NCBI GenBank assembly: GCA_036785375.1
Contig: JAWMAR010000105.1
Location: 6,448,001 to 6,512,000 of the forward strand
Reading direction: 5' to 3'
Length of the DNA stretch: 64,000 nt
Source of the DNA: Leucoraja ocellata
Taxonomy: Eukaryota
In this document: positions 12,808-23,125 of the stretch, one piece after another
How positions within the stretch are numbered: the first letter of the stretch is position 1
Layout of the letters: each line of letters starts with the position of its first letter
The notes under the pieces: generated by a model
Databases searched by the model: none
What the model saw: only the letters and a program-made list of their open reading frames with translations
Told to the model about the DNA's origin: nothing
Made by a program: the position numbers and the translations under genes

Positions 12808-13055
12808 ATTAGGCCATTCAGCCCATCGAGCCTATTCTGCCATTCAGTCAAGACTGATCTATTTTTCCCTTGCAACCCCATTCTCATGCCTCCTCCCTGA
12901 AACCTTTGACGCTCTTACTAATTAAGAACCTATCAATCTCCGCTTAAAGAATACACAATGTCTTGGTCTCTGTCCAAGCTCTATCACAGCTGTTTGTGGC
13001 AATGAATCCACCAGCCTCTGGCAAAAGAAATTCCTCCTCATCTCCATTCTAAATG
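12808..13055 (-). mobile_element. CR1 LINE 3' tail, tail-to-tail with the previous copy
   Basis: aggccattcagcccatcgagcct...aagaaattcctcctcatctccattctaaa is the reverse complement of a CR1 3' end. Confidence 0.8.
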
Positions 13056-13265
13056 TGCAATTTCAGGTTTATCATTAGTTCCTCTATATAATTTTACCAG
13101 CAAAAACTAGATTAAGCATTGGTGTGCTCACTCAAATGGAGAGATCCAGAGACGAAGATGAGCTGGCTGTTTCGCTTCTAATTACTACCTAATGCATAAG
13201 AATAGGTTTCAGTTCACAGAAGGAGTGTCCCCTGAAAGCTATCTTGTGTGAAGAGGATGAATAAT

Positions 13266-14300
13266 TAGAGTCATACAGTGATACAGCATGGAAACAGGCC
13301 CTTCGGCCCAACTCGCCCACACTGGCCAACAATGTCCCAGCTACACTAGTCCAACTTGCATGCACTTGGTCCATATCCCTCCAAACCGGTGCTATCCATG
13401 TACCTGTCTAACTGTTTCTTAAACGATGGGATAGTCCCAGCCTCAACTACCTCCTCTGGCAGCTTGTTCCATACACCCACCACCCTTTGTGTGAAAAAGT
13501 TACCTCTCGGATTCCTATTAAATCTTTTCCCCCTCACCTTGAACCTATGTCCTCTGGTCCTCGATTCCCCAACTCTGGGCAAGAGACTCTGTGCATCTAC
13601 CAGATCTAATCCTCGCATGATTTTGTCCACCTCTATAAGATCACCCCTCATCCTCCTGCTCTCTATGAAATAGAGACCCAGCCTACTCGACCTCTCCCTA
13701 TAGCTCACACCCTCTAGTCCTGACAACGTCCTCATTAATCTTTTCAGAACCCTTTCAAGCTTGACAATATCTTTCTTATAACATGGTGCCCAGAACTGAA
13801 CACAATATTCTAGATGCGGTCGCGCCAACGTCTAATACAACTGTAACATGACCTCCCAAGTTCTATACTCAATAGTACACAAAAATTCTGGAGAAACTCA
13901 GCGGGTGCAGCAGCATCTATGGAGCAAATGAAATAGGCAACGTTTCGGGCCGAAACCCTTCTTCAGCAGTCTGAAGAATACTCAATACTCTGACTGATGA
14001 AGGCCAAAGTCCCAAAGGCCTTTTTTACCACCTTATCTACCTGCGACTCAGCCTTCAAGGAACCATGCACCTGTACTCCTAGATCCCTCTGCTCTACAAC
14101 ACTATCCAGAGGCCTACCATTTACTATGTAGGTCCTGTCCTTGTTCGACGTCCCAAAATGCAACACTTCACACTTCTCTGTATTAAATTCCATCAACCAT
14201 TCCTCTGCTAATCTGGCCAATCGATCCAAATCCGCCTGAAATCTTTCACAACCATCTTCACTATCTGGAAAACCACTAACTTTTGTATCATCAGCAATAT
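13266..14300 (-). mobile_element. Relatively young CR1/HER1-type LINE (RT C-terminal part and 3' UTR) with a nested PLE-repeat insertion
   Basis: ORFs 13963-14313 (ADDTK...FNTEKCEVLHFG...RDLGV) and 13346-13828 (RPHLEYCVQFWAP...LERV...TRGH...FFTQRVV.VWN.LP). The 3' tail shares gggccgaagggcctgtttcc with the SINEs. Confidence 0.95.
13875..13977 (-). mobile_element. PLE terminal-repeat element with intact minimal hammerhead core and 10-bp TSD
   Basis: TSD atactcaata at 13865-13874 and 13978-13987. The minus strand reads CUGAAGA-A-GGGU-UUCG-GCCC-GAAA-C-GUU. Confidence 0.85.
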
Positions 14301-14560
14301 TTGGAAATGTCACAAATTGTGATACAGTTTAAGTAATTCTTTTTAAATCTAAATATATCAAGCTGATTAACACATGGGATGATATGAGTGCTTCTGCACT
14401 AATTTCTTGAGGTTGCAGTAAGGAATATGCTCCAGTAAATGAGAGCTATCGATCACCAGCAAGACTAGTATTTATGGCCCATCCTTGTGGTCCTTAACAG
14501 TCTGGATCAAGCAGTGATCAGTTAAAGGTCATAAGCTGACTGGTCCAATAAGGTGAGCCT

Positions 14561-14847
14561 AGGGTGGCACAGCGGTAGAGCTGCTGCCTTAGAGCCAGAG
14601 ACCCAGGTTCGATCAATGACCACGGTGCTGTCTGTACGGTGTTTGTATGTTCTCCCTATGACTATGTGGGTTTTCCCCGGGTGCTCTGGTTTCTTCCCAC
14701 ATTCCAAAGACGTGCAGGTTTGTAGGTTAATTGGCTTCATTAAGCTGTAAAATTGTCCCTAGTAATATTAGTGTAGATGGTGATCGCTGATCAGCGTGGG
14801 CCCAGTGGCCGAGGGCCTGTTTTCGTGCTGTATCTTTAAAGTCTAAA
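14561..14847 (+). mobile_element. HE1-like SINE
   Basis: A-box-like gtggcacagcggtag, B-box-like ggttcgatc, core ggtttcttcccacattccaaagacgtgcagg, CR1-type tail. Confidence 0.9.
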
Positions 14848-15509
14848 GCCAATTTCCTCACTCTGAAGAATACGTACATCATTTGGGTTTCTTTGACAAT
14901 CTGACTTAACTGGCACCATCTTTTCATTTCTAAATAAAAGTTCTCTTTAATATTTTAACACGACAAATCTTGATTTTGTAATTTTAAAGTGAATGTCTCA
15001 ACTGCTTTAACAGCAAATGATTTATAAATTTCTATTCACTTTTGTGTAGAGCAGTGCATCTCAGTGGGACCCCTAATCAGCCCGGGCCTGGTTATTAAAT
15101 CAGGACCATGGTAATATTGGTAATTAAAGGGAATCTCTTCTGAAAGGTTCAGCATGCTTGCATGTAAAATGCTTCCTGTGTACCATTTATTATTTCTGCT
15201 GGTATTGTGTGTTCCACTAAGAATATATATGTTGTGTTCCCATGTTTGTGTGTTGGTGATTTGGTGTAACAGTATTGAAAAGCTGCTGCACTGGAGGAGT
15301 GAGTTCCTAAACTTCCCTTGACCCTATTTTTTTTTTTAATTGAACGGATATCTTTGGTGCCCAAGGCAATATTTAAATTGACATTTATAATCAAATTAAT
15401 TACCCTGCCATCCAATAATCCAATATTTCCTTTGTCCTATCCATTCCCCGCGGCTCCATACTCTGCAACGCAAAGACACCATTTTCTTTTTAGCTCCTTC
15501 TCAGTTTGT

Positions 15510-15650
15510 GTCTGATGAAGGATGCTGGACCTGAAACATTATCAGGTTATCTCTTGATACATTATCTCTAGTTTGTCTCTCCACGGATGCTGCCTGACCT
15601 GTTGAAGAGTTTCCAGCATTTTCTGTTTATGTTTCAGAGTTCCAGTTTTT
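15510..15650 (+). mobile_element. Older PLE terminal-repeat subfamily copy
   Basis: tctgatgaagg...cctgaaacatt core followed by ccacggatgctgcctgacctgttg...tttccagcattttctg. Confidence 0.7.
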
Positions 15651-17334
15651 GTGTTAAAAAATAAAAAATTCTAATTGATTTGCGATTGGTGAGCATTGTA
15701 TTGATTGTTGTGGGGACATTTGTGTAACTTGACTGTTGTGTTTATTTCTTCCTATTTGTGCTTTGAGGCTTCTTAAGAATATAGGGCTAAGAGAATAGGT
15801 CAGATGAATATGTGGCTAAAGGGAAGGCATGTGAGGAAGAGCTTTAGATTTCTTGGGAAGATGAGACGGGTTGCACGAGAACTAGACAAAGTAAAATATT
15901 CCCAAGGAGGTTCGGAAAGATTTAAACTAATTGGGCCTGGAAATGGGACACAGAGGAGATGTGCATTTGGATGAATAATGCAGTTAAATATAGGAGGAAA
16001 AATTAGACCAGTAGTCAGACATGAGCAAAAGACATATTGGAGGAATACATGGCAAAATTATAACTGTTTTAACGCAAGAAGTCTGATTAGTAAAGCAGAT
16101 TAACAGACCATTGATCAGCGCATAGGAATGTGATATAATTGTGATCATATAGACATAGTTGAAAGAAAGACAGGACTGGCAACTCAACGTTGCAAGATAC
16201 ACAGTCTTCAGGTGCAATGGGCGGTGAGGGGAGATTCAAAAGAGGAAATAGCATTGCAGTATTGACTATGGAGACCAACACTGCAGTAGTAATGGACAAG
16301 CTTTTCAAAATGAGACCATGTGGTTAGAGTTTGCACACAGAAAGGAGGCAATCGCCTTGCTTGGGGTGTATTACAGACCTCCTAACAGTCCGCAGGAGAT
16401 TGAGGAGCAGGAATGTAGACAGCATCCAGGGAAAGTTGTCACATTGGATTCAAAATTGGCTTAGTGTTAGGGAGTAGAGGGTGATGGTGGAGGGTTTTTG
16501 ACACGATTGGAAGGCTGGTGTACCACCGACATGGATTCTTACTGTTTCCTACATATATTAGTGATTTGGATAGGAAATATAGTAGGTATGATCGGTAAGT
16601 TTGCAGATGGCATGAAAATTGGTGCTGTTGTTCATAGTGAGAACTATATTTGTAGGTGCAGGATGATGCTGATTAGTTGATAAAATTATGAGACATTTCA
16701 TGATGGGTAGAGCAATGCAGGTGGAATGTAATCTTGATAAATGCATGGGAGGACTAATACAGATAGGCCATACACAATGAATGGTGTGGGCTTAAAGGGT
16801 ATTGAGAAACAGAGTGTCCTGAGTGTACAAGTCCACAAAACCTCAAAGTTGGCAGATAAGGTGGTATAGATGCTTGGACATAGAATATAGGAGTGGGGTA
16901 TTAAAATTAAAATATTGGTTAAGCCACAGGTAGACTACCATGTATGGTTCTGGTTGCTACACTACAGGAAAGATGCTCCCTGGTCCGCTGAGTTCCAGCG
17001 GTGTATTTTATTGCGACAGGAAAGGCAAGATTGCACTGGAGAGTGCAGAGCAGATGCATCAGATGCACCCTAGCACAGAGCATTTCCTTTATGAGGAGGG
17101 ACTGGAGTTTCTGGGATTGTTTTCCTTGGGTGGAGGAGACTGAGATGGGTCCTGATTGAGGAATATAAAATGATGAGGGATGGGATGTGCAATAAAAAAC
17201 CTTTCCCCTTGGCAGAGATATCTAAAACTAGAAGACGTGGGTTGAATGTAACGGGTAATATGTTTCAAGGTGATCTGAGGAAGAACGTTCTCACCCAGAG
17301 GAGTAGTTGGATTCTGGAACACATTGCCTGTTAA

Positions 17335-17440
17335 CTTTTATGTGGCTGTGTGTCCTGTTGCTTTTCACTTAGTATGGCTGTATGGTAACTCAAATTTCAC
17401 TGTACCTTAATTGGTACATGTGACAATAGACTGACCTTAA
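17335..17440 (+). mobile_element. 3' end of a Rex1-like LINE
   Basis: tttcactgtacc-ttaatt-ggtacatgtgacaata terminal hairpin motif, shared with 21085-21212. The family name is tentative. Confidence 0.5.
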
Positions 17441-17525
17441 AACATTGAATGGGTGATAGCAGCAAGTACATTCACAATGTTTATGAAGTATCTAGATGAG
17501 CAAATAAATCCTCAAACCATTCTTT

Positions 17526-17839
17526 GGGCAGCACTGTGGCGCAGCAGTAGAGTTGCTGCCTTCAGCTCCAGAGACCCGGGTTCAATCCTGACTACCGATG
17601 CTGTCTGTATGGAGTTTGTACGTTCTCCCCATGACCTGTGAGAGGGTTTTCCGGCTGCTCTAGTTTCCTCCCACACTTCAAAGACATCCAGGTTTGTAGG
17701 CTAATTGGCTTGGTAAACTTGTAAATTGTCCCTTGTGTGTAGGATAGTGTTAGTGTGTTGGGATCACTGGTTGGTGTGGACTCGGTGGGCCGAAGGGCCT
17801 GTTTCCACGCTATATCTCTAAACTAAACTAAACTAAACT
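17526..17839 (+). mobile_element. Full-length HE1-like SINE
   Basis: gtggcgcagcagtag A-box, ggttcaatcc B-box, conserved core and (ctaaa)4 tail. Confidence 0.95.
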
Positions 17840-18789
17840 CAGAAGGCTATGGACCAAATGCTGGTAAATGGAATTAGTATACAAAGCACTTGATAGATGA
17901 CATAAACATGGTGAGCCAAAGAAACTGGTTCTGTGCTAAATGATTCTAAGAAAGGTGCTATATTAACGCAGTGTTATTTTCTTCCATGGATTTGGTTTTT
18001 GCTAATGATTTACTAATTGCTAATGAATGAGAGCCACTGAATCATTCAAAATGGGACGAGTTGGGAATGGGACGTGCCTGTTCACTTACCGGATTTAGGC
18101 AGTGCGCTGTTCATCTTTCTCTTCAGCTTGTGCCTTTCTGTTCTCACAGATCACAGTGATCAATTTTCTTGTCAGGCGAGGTTATAGCAGGTACATATCA
18201 GGCCGATCATGTAACAATGGAAGCCATGCGAGTTCTCCATTGAGAGACCAAATTGCCGGGCTCCATGGGAGTTCATGCCTTCACAGTCACTGATGATGGC
18301 CGTATTGATCTCATGCCAATAGAAAACATGCCAATTACAAGCTGAGAGAAACCATGCCCTTCCTGTGCCAAGAGACCAAACTGGTTCCTGCCGTGCGATG
18401 GCACTTTTCTATGCTAGGTATTCATGGGGTAAATCAACCACATATGTAGAAGAGCCATCACGACATATGCCTTGGAGACTCTGCCAACCATTGCCAGGCT
18501 TCTCGTAAATTGAAGTTGCATTAAGAGACCTTGCTCAGTCTATTCCTGGAGAGACCATCTGCTCTACTGCAGGAGCTGATGCACGTGCTCAAGTTATATA
18601 ATCTTTGCAAGTAACTGGCTCCTGTTACAAAACAGTCACACAGCTTGTCTGATTGCACAGTTGGTGAGAGTGGGATGAAAGTGAGCCATTGGTTTTAAGA
18701 TATCCCAAGGTCAGAGTGTCTGCACACATCTGACATATAGTGGCGTACTCTGAGCTATAGACAGAAAATTGTTGATCATTTACTCCTTG

Positions 18790-19220
18790 AGGTCAGGTCA
18801 AGAATGTTTTATCATTATATATCCCAAAACAGAACAAGAAAATTCAACACAACAATGCAGCACATATGTAAAACAAAAAATGCAGCACAACAGATATGTA
18901 AAGATAGGACTCTGTAAACACCATGATAAGCAATTAAAAAGTTCAGTATTTAAAAACAAACAATAATTGTGGAAACCAAAAACAATGCTCCAGATCTATG
19001 TAGTTCTGAGCTCAGTTAGAAGTTGTAACGTTTAATAGCCTGATGGTTGTTGAGAAGTAGCTGCAACTGAACCTGGGATGTTACCGTTTTCAGGTTCCTC
19101 CTATAGCTTCTTCCCAACGGCAGGAGTGAAATGGGAGAGTGGCCAGGGTGGTGTGGGTCTATGATGATACTGGTTGCCTTTTTGAGACAGTGACTCTTGT
19201 AGATCCCTTTGATGGTTGGG
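18790..19220 (-). mobile_element. Rex1/Babar-like LINE 3' fragment
   Basis: The minus strand encodes PHHPGHSPISLLPLGRSYR, resembling the Rex1 C-terminal HPGHxLFxLLPSGRRYR motif. Confidence 0.65.
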
Positions 19221-19284
19221 TGGACTTGCTACAGTGAGATTACCCAGTGCTGGTAACTGTATCGATGTAGTTATGCATTACATT

Positions 19285-19495
19285 ACACAATAGGTGCAGG
19301 AGTAGGCCATTCGGCCCTTCGAGCCAGCACCACCATTCAATGTGATCATGGCTGATCATCCCGATCAGTACCCCGTTCCTGCCTTCTCCCCATATCCTCT
19401 GACTCTGCTATTTTTAAGAGCCCTATCTAGCTCTCTCTTGAAAGCATCCAGAGAACCCGCCTCCACCGTCCTCTGAGGCAGAGAATTCCACAGAT
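19285..19495 (-). mobile_element. CR1 LINE 3' tail
   Basis: taggtgcaggagtaggccattcggcccttcgagcc...ggcagagaattccacagatt, nearly identical to the 24797-25310 tail. Confidence 0.9.
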
Positions 19496-20334
19496 TGAAT
19501 GAACTAAGTCACAACCAACAGTGAACACTAGGGTTATGATGAGTTGCATATTGATAAATTATGGACAGCTACAGATAAACCAGTATGCTCCTGAGTATAC
19601 AGTAAAGAGTTCATAATTAGTTTTAATTTAATAAGTTCATTATTTTATCTTTTCATCGGTTAAGGCTATGTTTCACAATAGTAAGACCATTCTCCTCTCA
19701 GAATCATTAATCCTTAGTAGTGAGGAGATGGAGCACTGGGGAGGATGATGATTTGATAGCTGTAATGATGACAACAGTTGTGTCCCTCATCTGGTCATTG
19801 TACCTAGGAAAACCAAGGTGTGATTGACCCATCTAAGTCAGTTTTGAGTTCATCTGGATAAAATTTGTCACAAGAATAGGAAAATCACACTTAATTTTTC
19901 AGTCCGGAAAGAAGAAGAATGGAATTGGTTCCTTTTGCAGAGCTGCATGTGGATATGGAAATTGGGCATAGATAGGGTTAAGTCTGGTTCTGAATTACTC
20001 TCAGAATAAAATAGGAGGTCTTACTTATGAGGCCAATTTTTCCTCCCAGATTTTGTCTGCAGCAAAATTGTAAACCCATTTATAGCATGTATTCTGAAGA
20101 CTTTGCTATATTTGGGAAATATTACCTCATGTCAAACATCCATGCAGCTCTGGAAAGGGGCGGTGTTTCAGGAGGGAAATTAAAATATTATTTCCAGAAG
20201 GGAAACAATGAATTGGAAGAAATTATACCATTTGAGGGCTTCAAATTAAATACATATTTAAAAAAAAAAAGTGATAAATATTTTATTCCTGTTTGAAGCA
20301 ATGAACCACCTTCTTGAGAATTGGAGATTTTTCT

Positions 20335-20895
20335 TTAAGCAGGAAAATGATCAAGCTGCCTGAAAGGGTGGAGGGACAGATTCAATGATAACCTTCATGG
20401 TAGATTGAATGAATGCTTGGAAATGAAACACAAGTCTGAGATTATTGAGAAATTGTCAAGGGATGGGGTTAATCGGAACACTCTTCCAAAACAATTGGCA
20501 CATGTACAATGGTTAGAATTACTTTTTCTACTTTAACACTGAGTTTGTTGGTTTATCTAATCTTGTTTCCGCCACGGGAGAGTCTAGAATGAGAGGGCAG
20601 AGTTCCAAGATCAAGCAATTTAAAACTGACAGTGTAGGAAATTCACCCAGACAATGGCCAATCCATGGAATTCTTTCGCCCAGAAGGTTGTGGAGGCTTG
20701 ATCACTGGGATATTTAAAGAGGAGCTAGATATTTTTTTTGAGAGGTCACAGAATTGGGGCACTGGGTAACTGGCACAGAAGAGGAGCAGAAAGGAAGCGT
20801 GGATCAGAATGGGCCATTATCATATTGAAGGGCAGGCAGGCTAGAGGAGCTGAGTGGCCTACTCCTGCTCATCTTTTATATGTTTTTATGTTCTA
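20335..20895 (+). mobile_element. Two adjacent degraded CR1 3' fragments
   Basis: gggagagtctagaatgagagggc..., tggaattctttcgcccagaaggttgtggaggc, tail tggcctactcctgctc...tttttatgttct. Confidence 0.75.
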
Positions 20896-21084
20896 ATCTA
20901 TACTGGGCGAAGGCTCATTCATAGAAATCTTTCATTCCTCTGTATGCTGAAACAAGAGGGGATTCCTTCCATTGAGAAGATCAGTAAGTCTTTCCTGAAT
21001 GCTTTCCCAACAATTAGGTAGCTTGTGCATCTCTGTGTTTTGCTAAGGCAGGCTGATGATTTCACAAACCTTCTCAAGCATTTA

Positions 21085-21212
21085 GCATACACCGTGAATG
21101 GCTCGATTGTAATTATGTATTGTCTTTCCACTGGCTGGTTAGCATGCAACAAAAGCTTTTCACTGTACCCCGCCCGGTACACGTGACAATAAACAAAAGC
21201 TAAACTGAACTG
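21085..21212 (+). mobile_element. 3' end of a Rex1-like LINE
   Basis: cttttcactgtacc-ccgcc-cggtacacgtgacaataaac plus an aactgaactg tail; homologous to 17335-17440. Confidence 0.55.
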
Positions 21213-21384
21213 CTTCCAACAGTGTTGTCGCTCTATGATTATTGTGCTCACATCTCTTATTGGCTTCAGACCACTTAGCCTTCAGACTTAGAGTCAAGGA
21301 GCTGAGCTCTGGCTGACATTAATTATACCCCAATTTCTTGAGATCTTTGCTGCTCTGATAGGAACATGATATTGACTTGATCCG

Positions 21385-21482
21385 CCATCCATCCATGTTC
21401 TCCAGAGATGCGGTCTGACCCGCTGAGATACACCAGCATTTTGAGTCTTTTTTTTAAACTGGCTTTTACAGTTCCCTGATTC
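21385..21482 (+). mobile_element. PLE terminal-repeat fragment lacking the ribozyme core
   Basis: atccatgttctccagagatgcggtctgacccgctgagatacaccagcattttg...cagttcc. Confidence 0.7.
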
Positions 21483-21803
21483 TATTCTTTGTTTGCTTCT
21501 CCAAGTTCATCCATTTGACCAACTTTTTATGTCACCCTGTATTAAATCTCTTCCTTTCTAGCCTGGCTTCCATTTCCCTTGTGTCTCTTTATGTGTATAC
21601 AGTTTATAAAAGCAGAGTTGTGTAAGTGAGTTGTGTACACTGGGGTGACATTTACGATGAATTCAACCTTTAATGGAGTGTGAAACTGACTGAAGGGGAG
21701 TTTCAGAGTTGTATCTCTGAAATCACTGTGCGGTTTTGTATTTTGAATGAAACACAAGAGTCCCTTTCATTAAATAACCTCTACAGCAGTCAAACCTTTA
21801 TGG

Positions 21804-21925
21804 TTGTTCTTCTTCTTGCGTATGGCGTGCACAGCCTAAAGTTGTAGGACAACTTGTTCTATTTGATTGTGCACGCTGGGCTGATTGCATTCGTCGAAAC
21901 AGGGAAGGTTGCAATCTTCCACCCC
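21804..21925 (-). mobile_element. Short structured retroelement with a candidate degenerate HDV-like ribozyme head, (GAA)n tail and TSD
   Basis: TSD aac(c/a)tttatgg at 21793-21803 and 21926-21936. The minus strand begins GGGG and ends gaagaagaacaa, with three perfect internal stems. Confidence 0.7.
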
Positions 21926-21929
21926 AACA

Positions 21930-22050
21930 TTTATGGATAGAAAAGATCTTGAAGAATGTGGGCAGGTGGGACTAGTATGGATGGGGCATGTTGGTCGGTA
22001 TAGGCAAGATGGGACGAAGGACCTGTTTCCATGCTGCATGACTCTATGAC
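21930..22050 (+). mobile_element. CR1/HER1 3' tail
   Basis: ggcaggtgggactag...gggcatgttggtcgg...gaaggacctgtttccatgctgcatgactctatgac. Confidence 0.8.
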
Positions 22051-22277
22051 AGGATAGGATGCCATTATGCAGTAGCTGGTCTATTATTGTGGAGACAGAT
22101 TTTCTTACTATGAATTAGATGCAAGTCTGACCTTGGGACAAGGGCAGGGCTATTCTTACCTATGTCTGATGAGTAGGTGTGAAGTGCCTTCTGACGCATT
22201 AACCTGAGAACAAGAGCAACCTGAAATGCTTCAGTTTTATTCCATCTGTTTAGAAAGTGATGAAGGGAAAGTTGATG

Positions 22278-22474
22278 GTTACACAAAAAAGCTGGAGAAA
22301 CTCAGCGGGTGCAGCAGCATCTATGGAGCGAAGGCAATAGGCAACGTTTCGGGCCGAAACCCTTCTTCAGACGGAGTGTTTCCTTCGCTCCATAGATGCT
22401 GCTGCACCCGCTGAGTTTCTCCAGCTTTTTTGTGTAACCTTCGATTCTCCAGCATCTGCAGTTCCCTCTTAAAC
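22278..22474. mobile_element. Palindromic PLE terminal-repeat element with 15-bp TSD
   Basis: TSD aagggaaagttgatg at 22263-22277 and 22475-22489. Perfect 58-bp inverted arms at 22277-22334 and 22382-22439, with a hammerhead core in the spacer (minus strand). Confidence 0.9.
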
Positions 22475-22906
22475 AAGGGAAAGTTGATGTTTTGTTGAAA
22501 CAAGTTTGTAACAGCACTTTATGCAAATATATGTGCGTGGAGTAATATTGTGATTCGTGCATTGGGAACTGGGTGAATGAAGCTGTAATTGGCAGCAATT
22601 AACAGATTGCATGAGATTTGGATCTTGCCTTGGTAATTAAATGAATACCATAGACTCTCGTTGGGCTTTAACATTATCTATCCCTTGATAGGTGATGTAG
22701 GTAAGCATATGAGGGACAACGGATTAGAATGATGTGCTGATGAGGTTTTCATTATTGGGGTTGGAGAAAACTCACTTGCATTATAAGCACTGAGCATTAG
22801 GGACCAAATGGCCCACTTCTGCATTGTATTCTGTAATTTAAGAGAGTGTTGTCCACCAGTATGGTTGCAGCTGGAGGATAAAATCAGCATTTGGGAACTG
22901 GATATG

Positions 22907-23125
22907 TATAAGAAAGAACTGCGGATGCTGAAAAAATCGAAGGTAGACAACAAATGCTGGAGAAACTCAGTGGGTGAGGCAGCATCTATGGAGAGAAGGA
23001 ATTGGCGACGTTTCGGGTCGAGACCCTTCTTCAGACTGAAGAAGGATCTCGACCCGAGACGTTGCCAATTCCTTCTCTCCATAGATGCTGCCTCACTCGC
23101 TGAGTTTCTCCAGCATCGTTTGTCT
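22907..23125. mobile_element. Palindromic PLE terminal-repeat element with two back-to-back hammerhead cores
   Basis: TSD attt(g/a)ggaactggatatg at 22889-22906 and 23126-23143. Palindrome centred on 23035 (ttcttcag-a-ctgaagaa) with arms of about 90 bp. Confidence 0.9.

Larger units (their letters stand above)
15760..17945 (+). mobile_element. Heavily deleted old CR1 LINE (endonuclease, RT and tail remnants) with nested insertions
   Basis: LGVYYRPPNS (ttggggtgtattacagacctcctaacagt, ~16361), IGKFADGMKIG (~16590), FSPRGVVGFWNTLP-like (~17290) and a CR1 tail after 17840. Confidence 0.8.

Noticed and set aside
13346-14313. RT-like ORFs as a functional gene
   Set aside because: 5'-truncated CR1 fragment split by an insertion.
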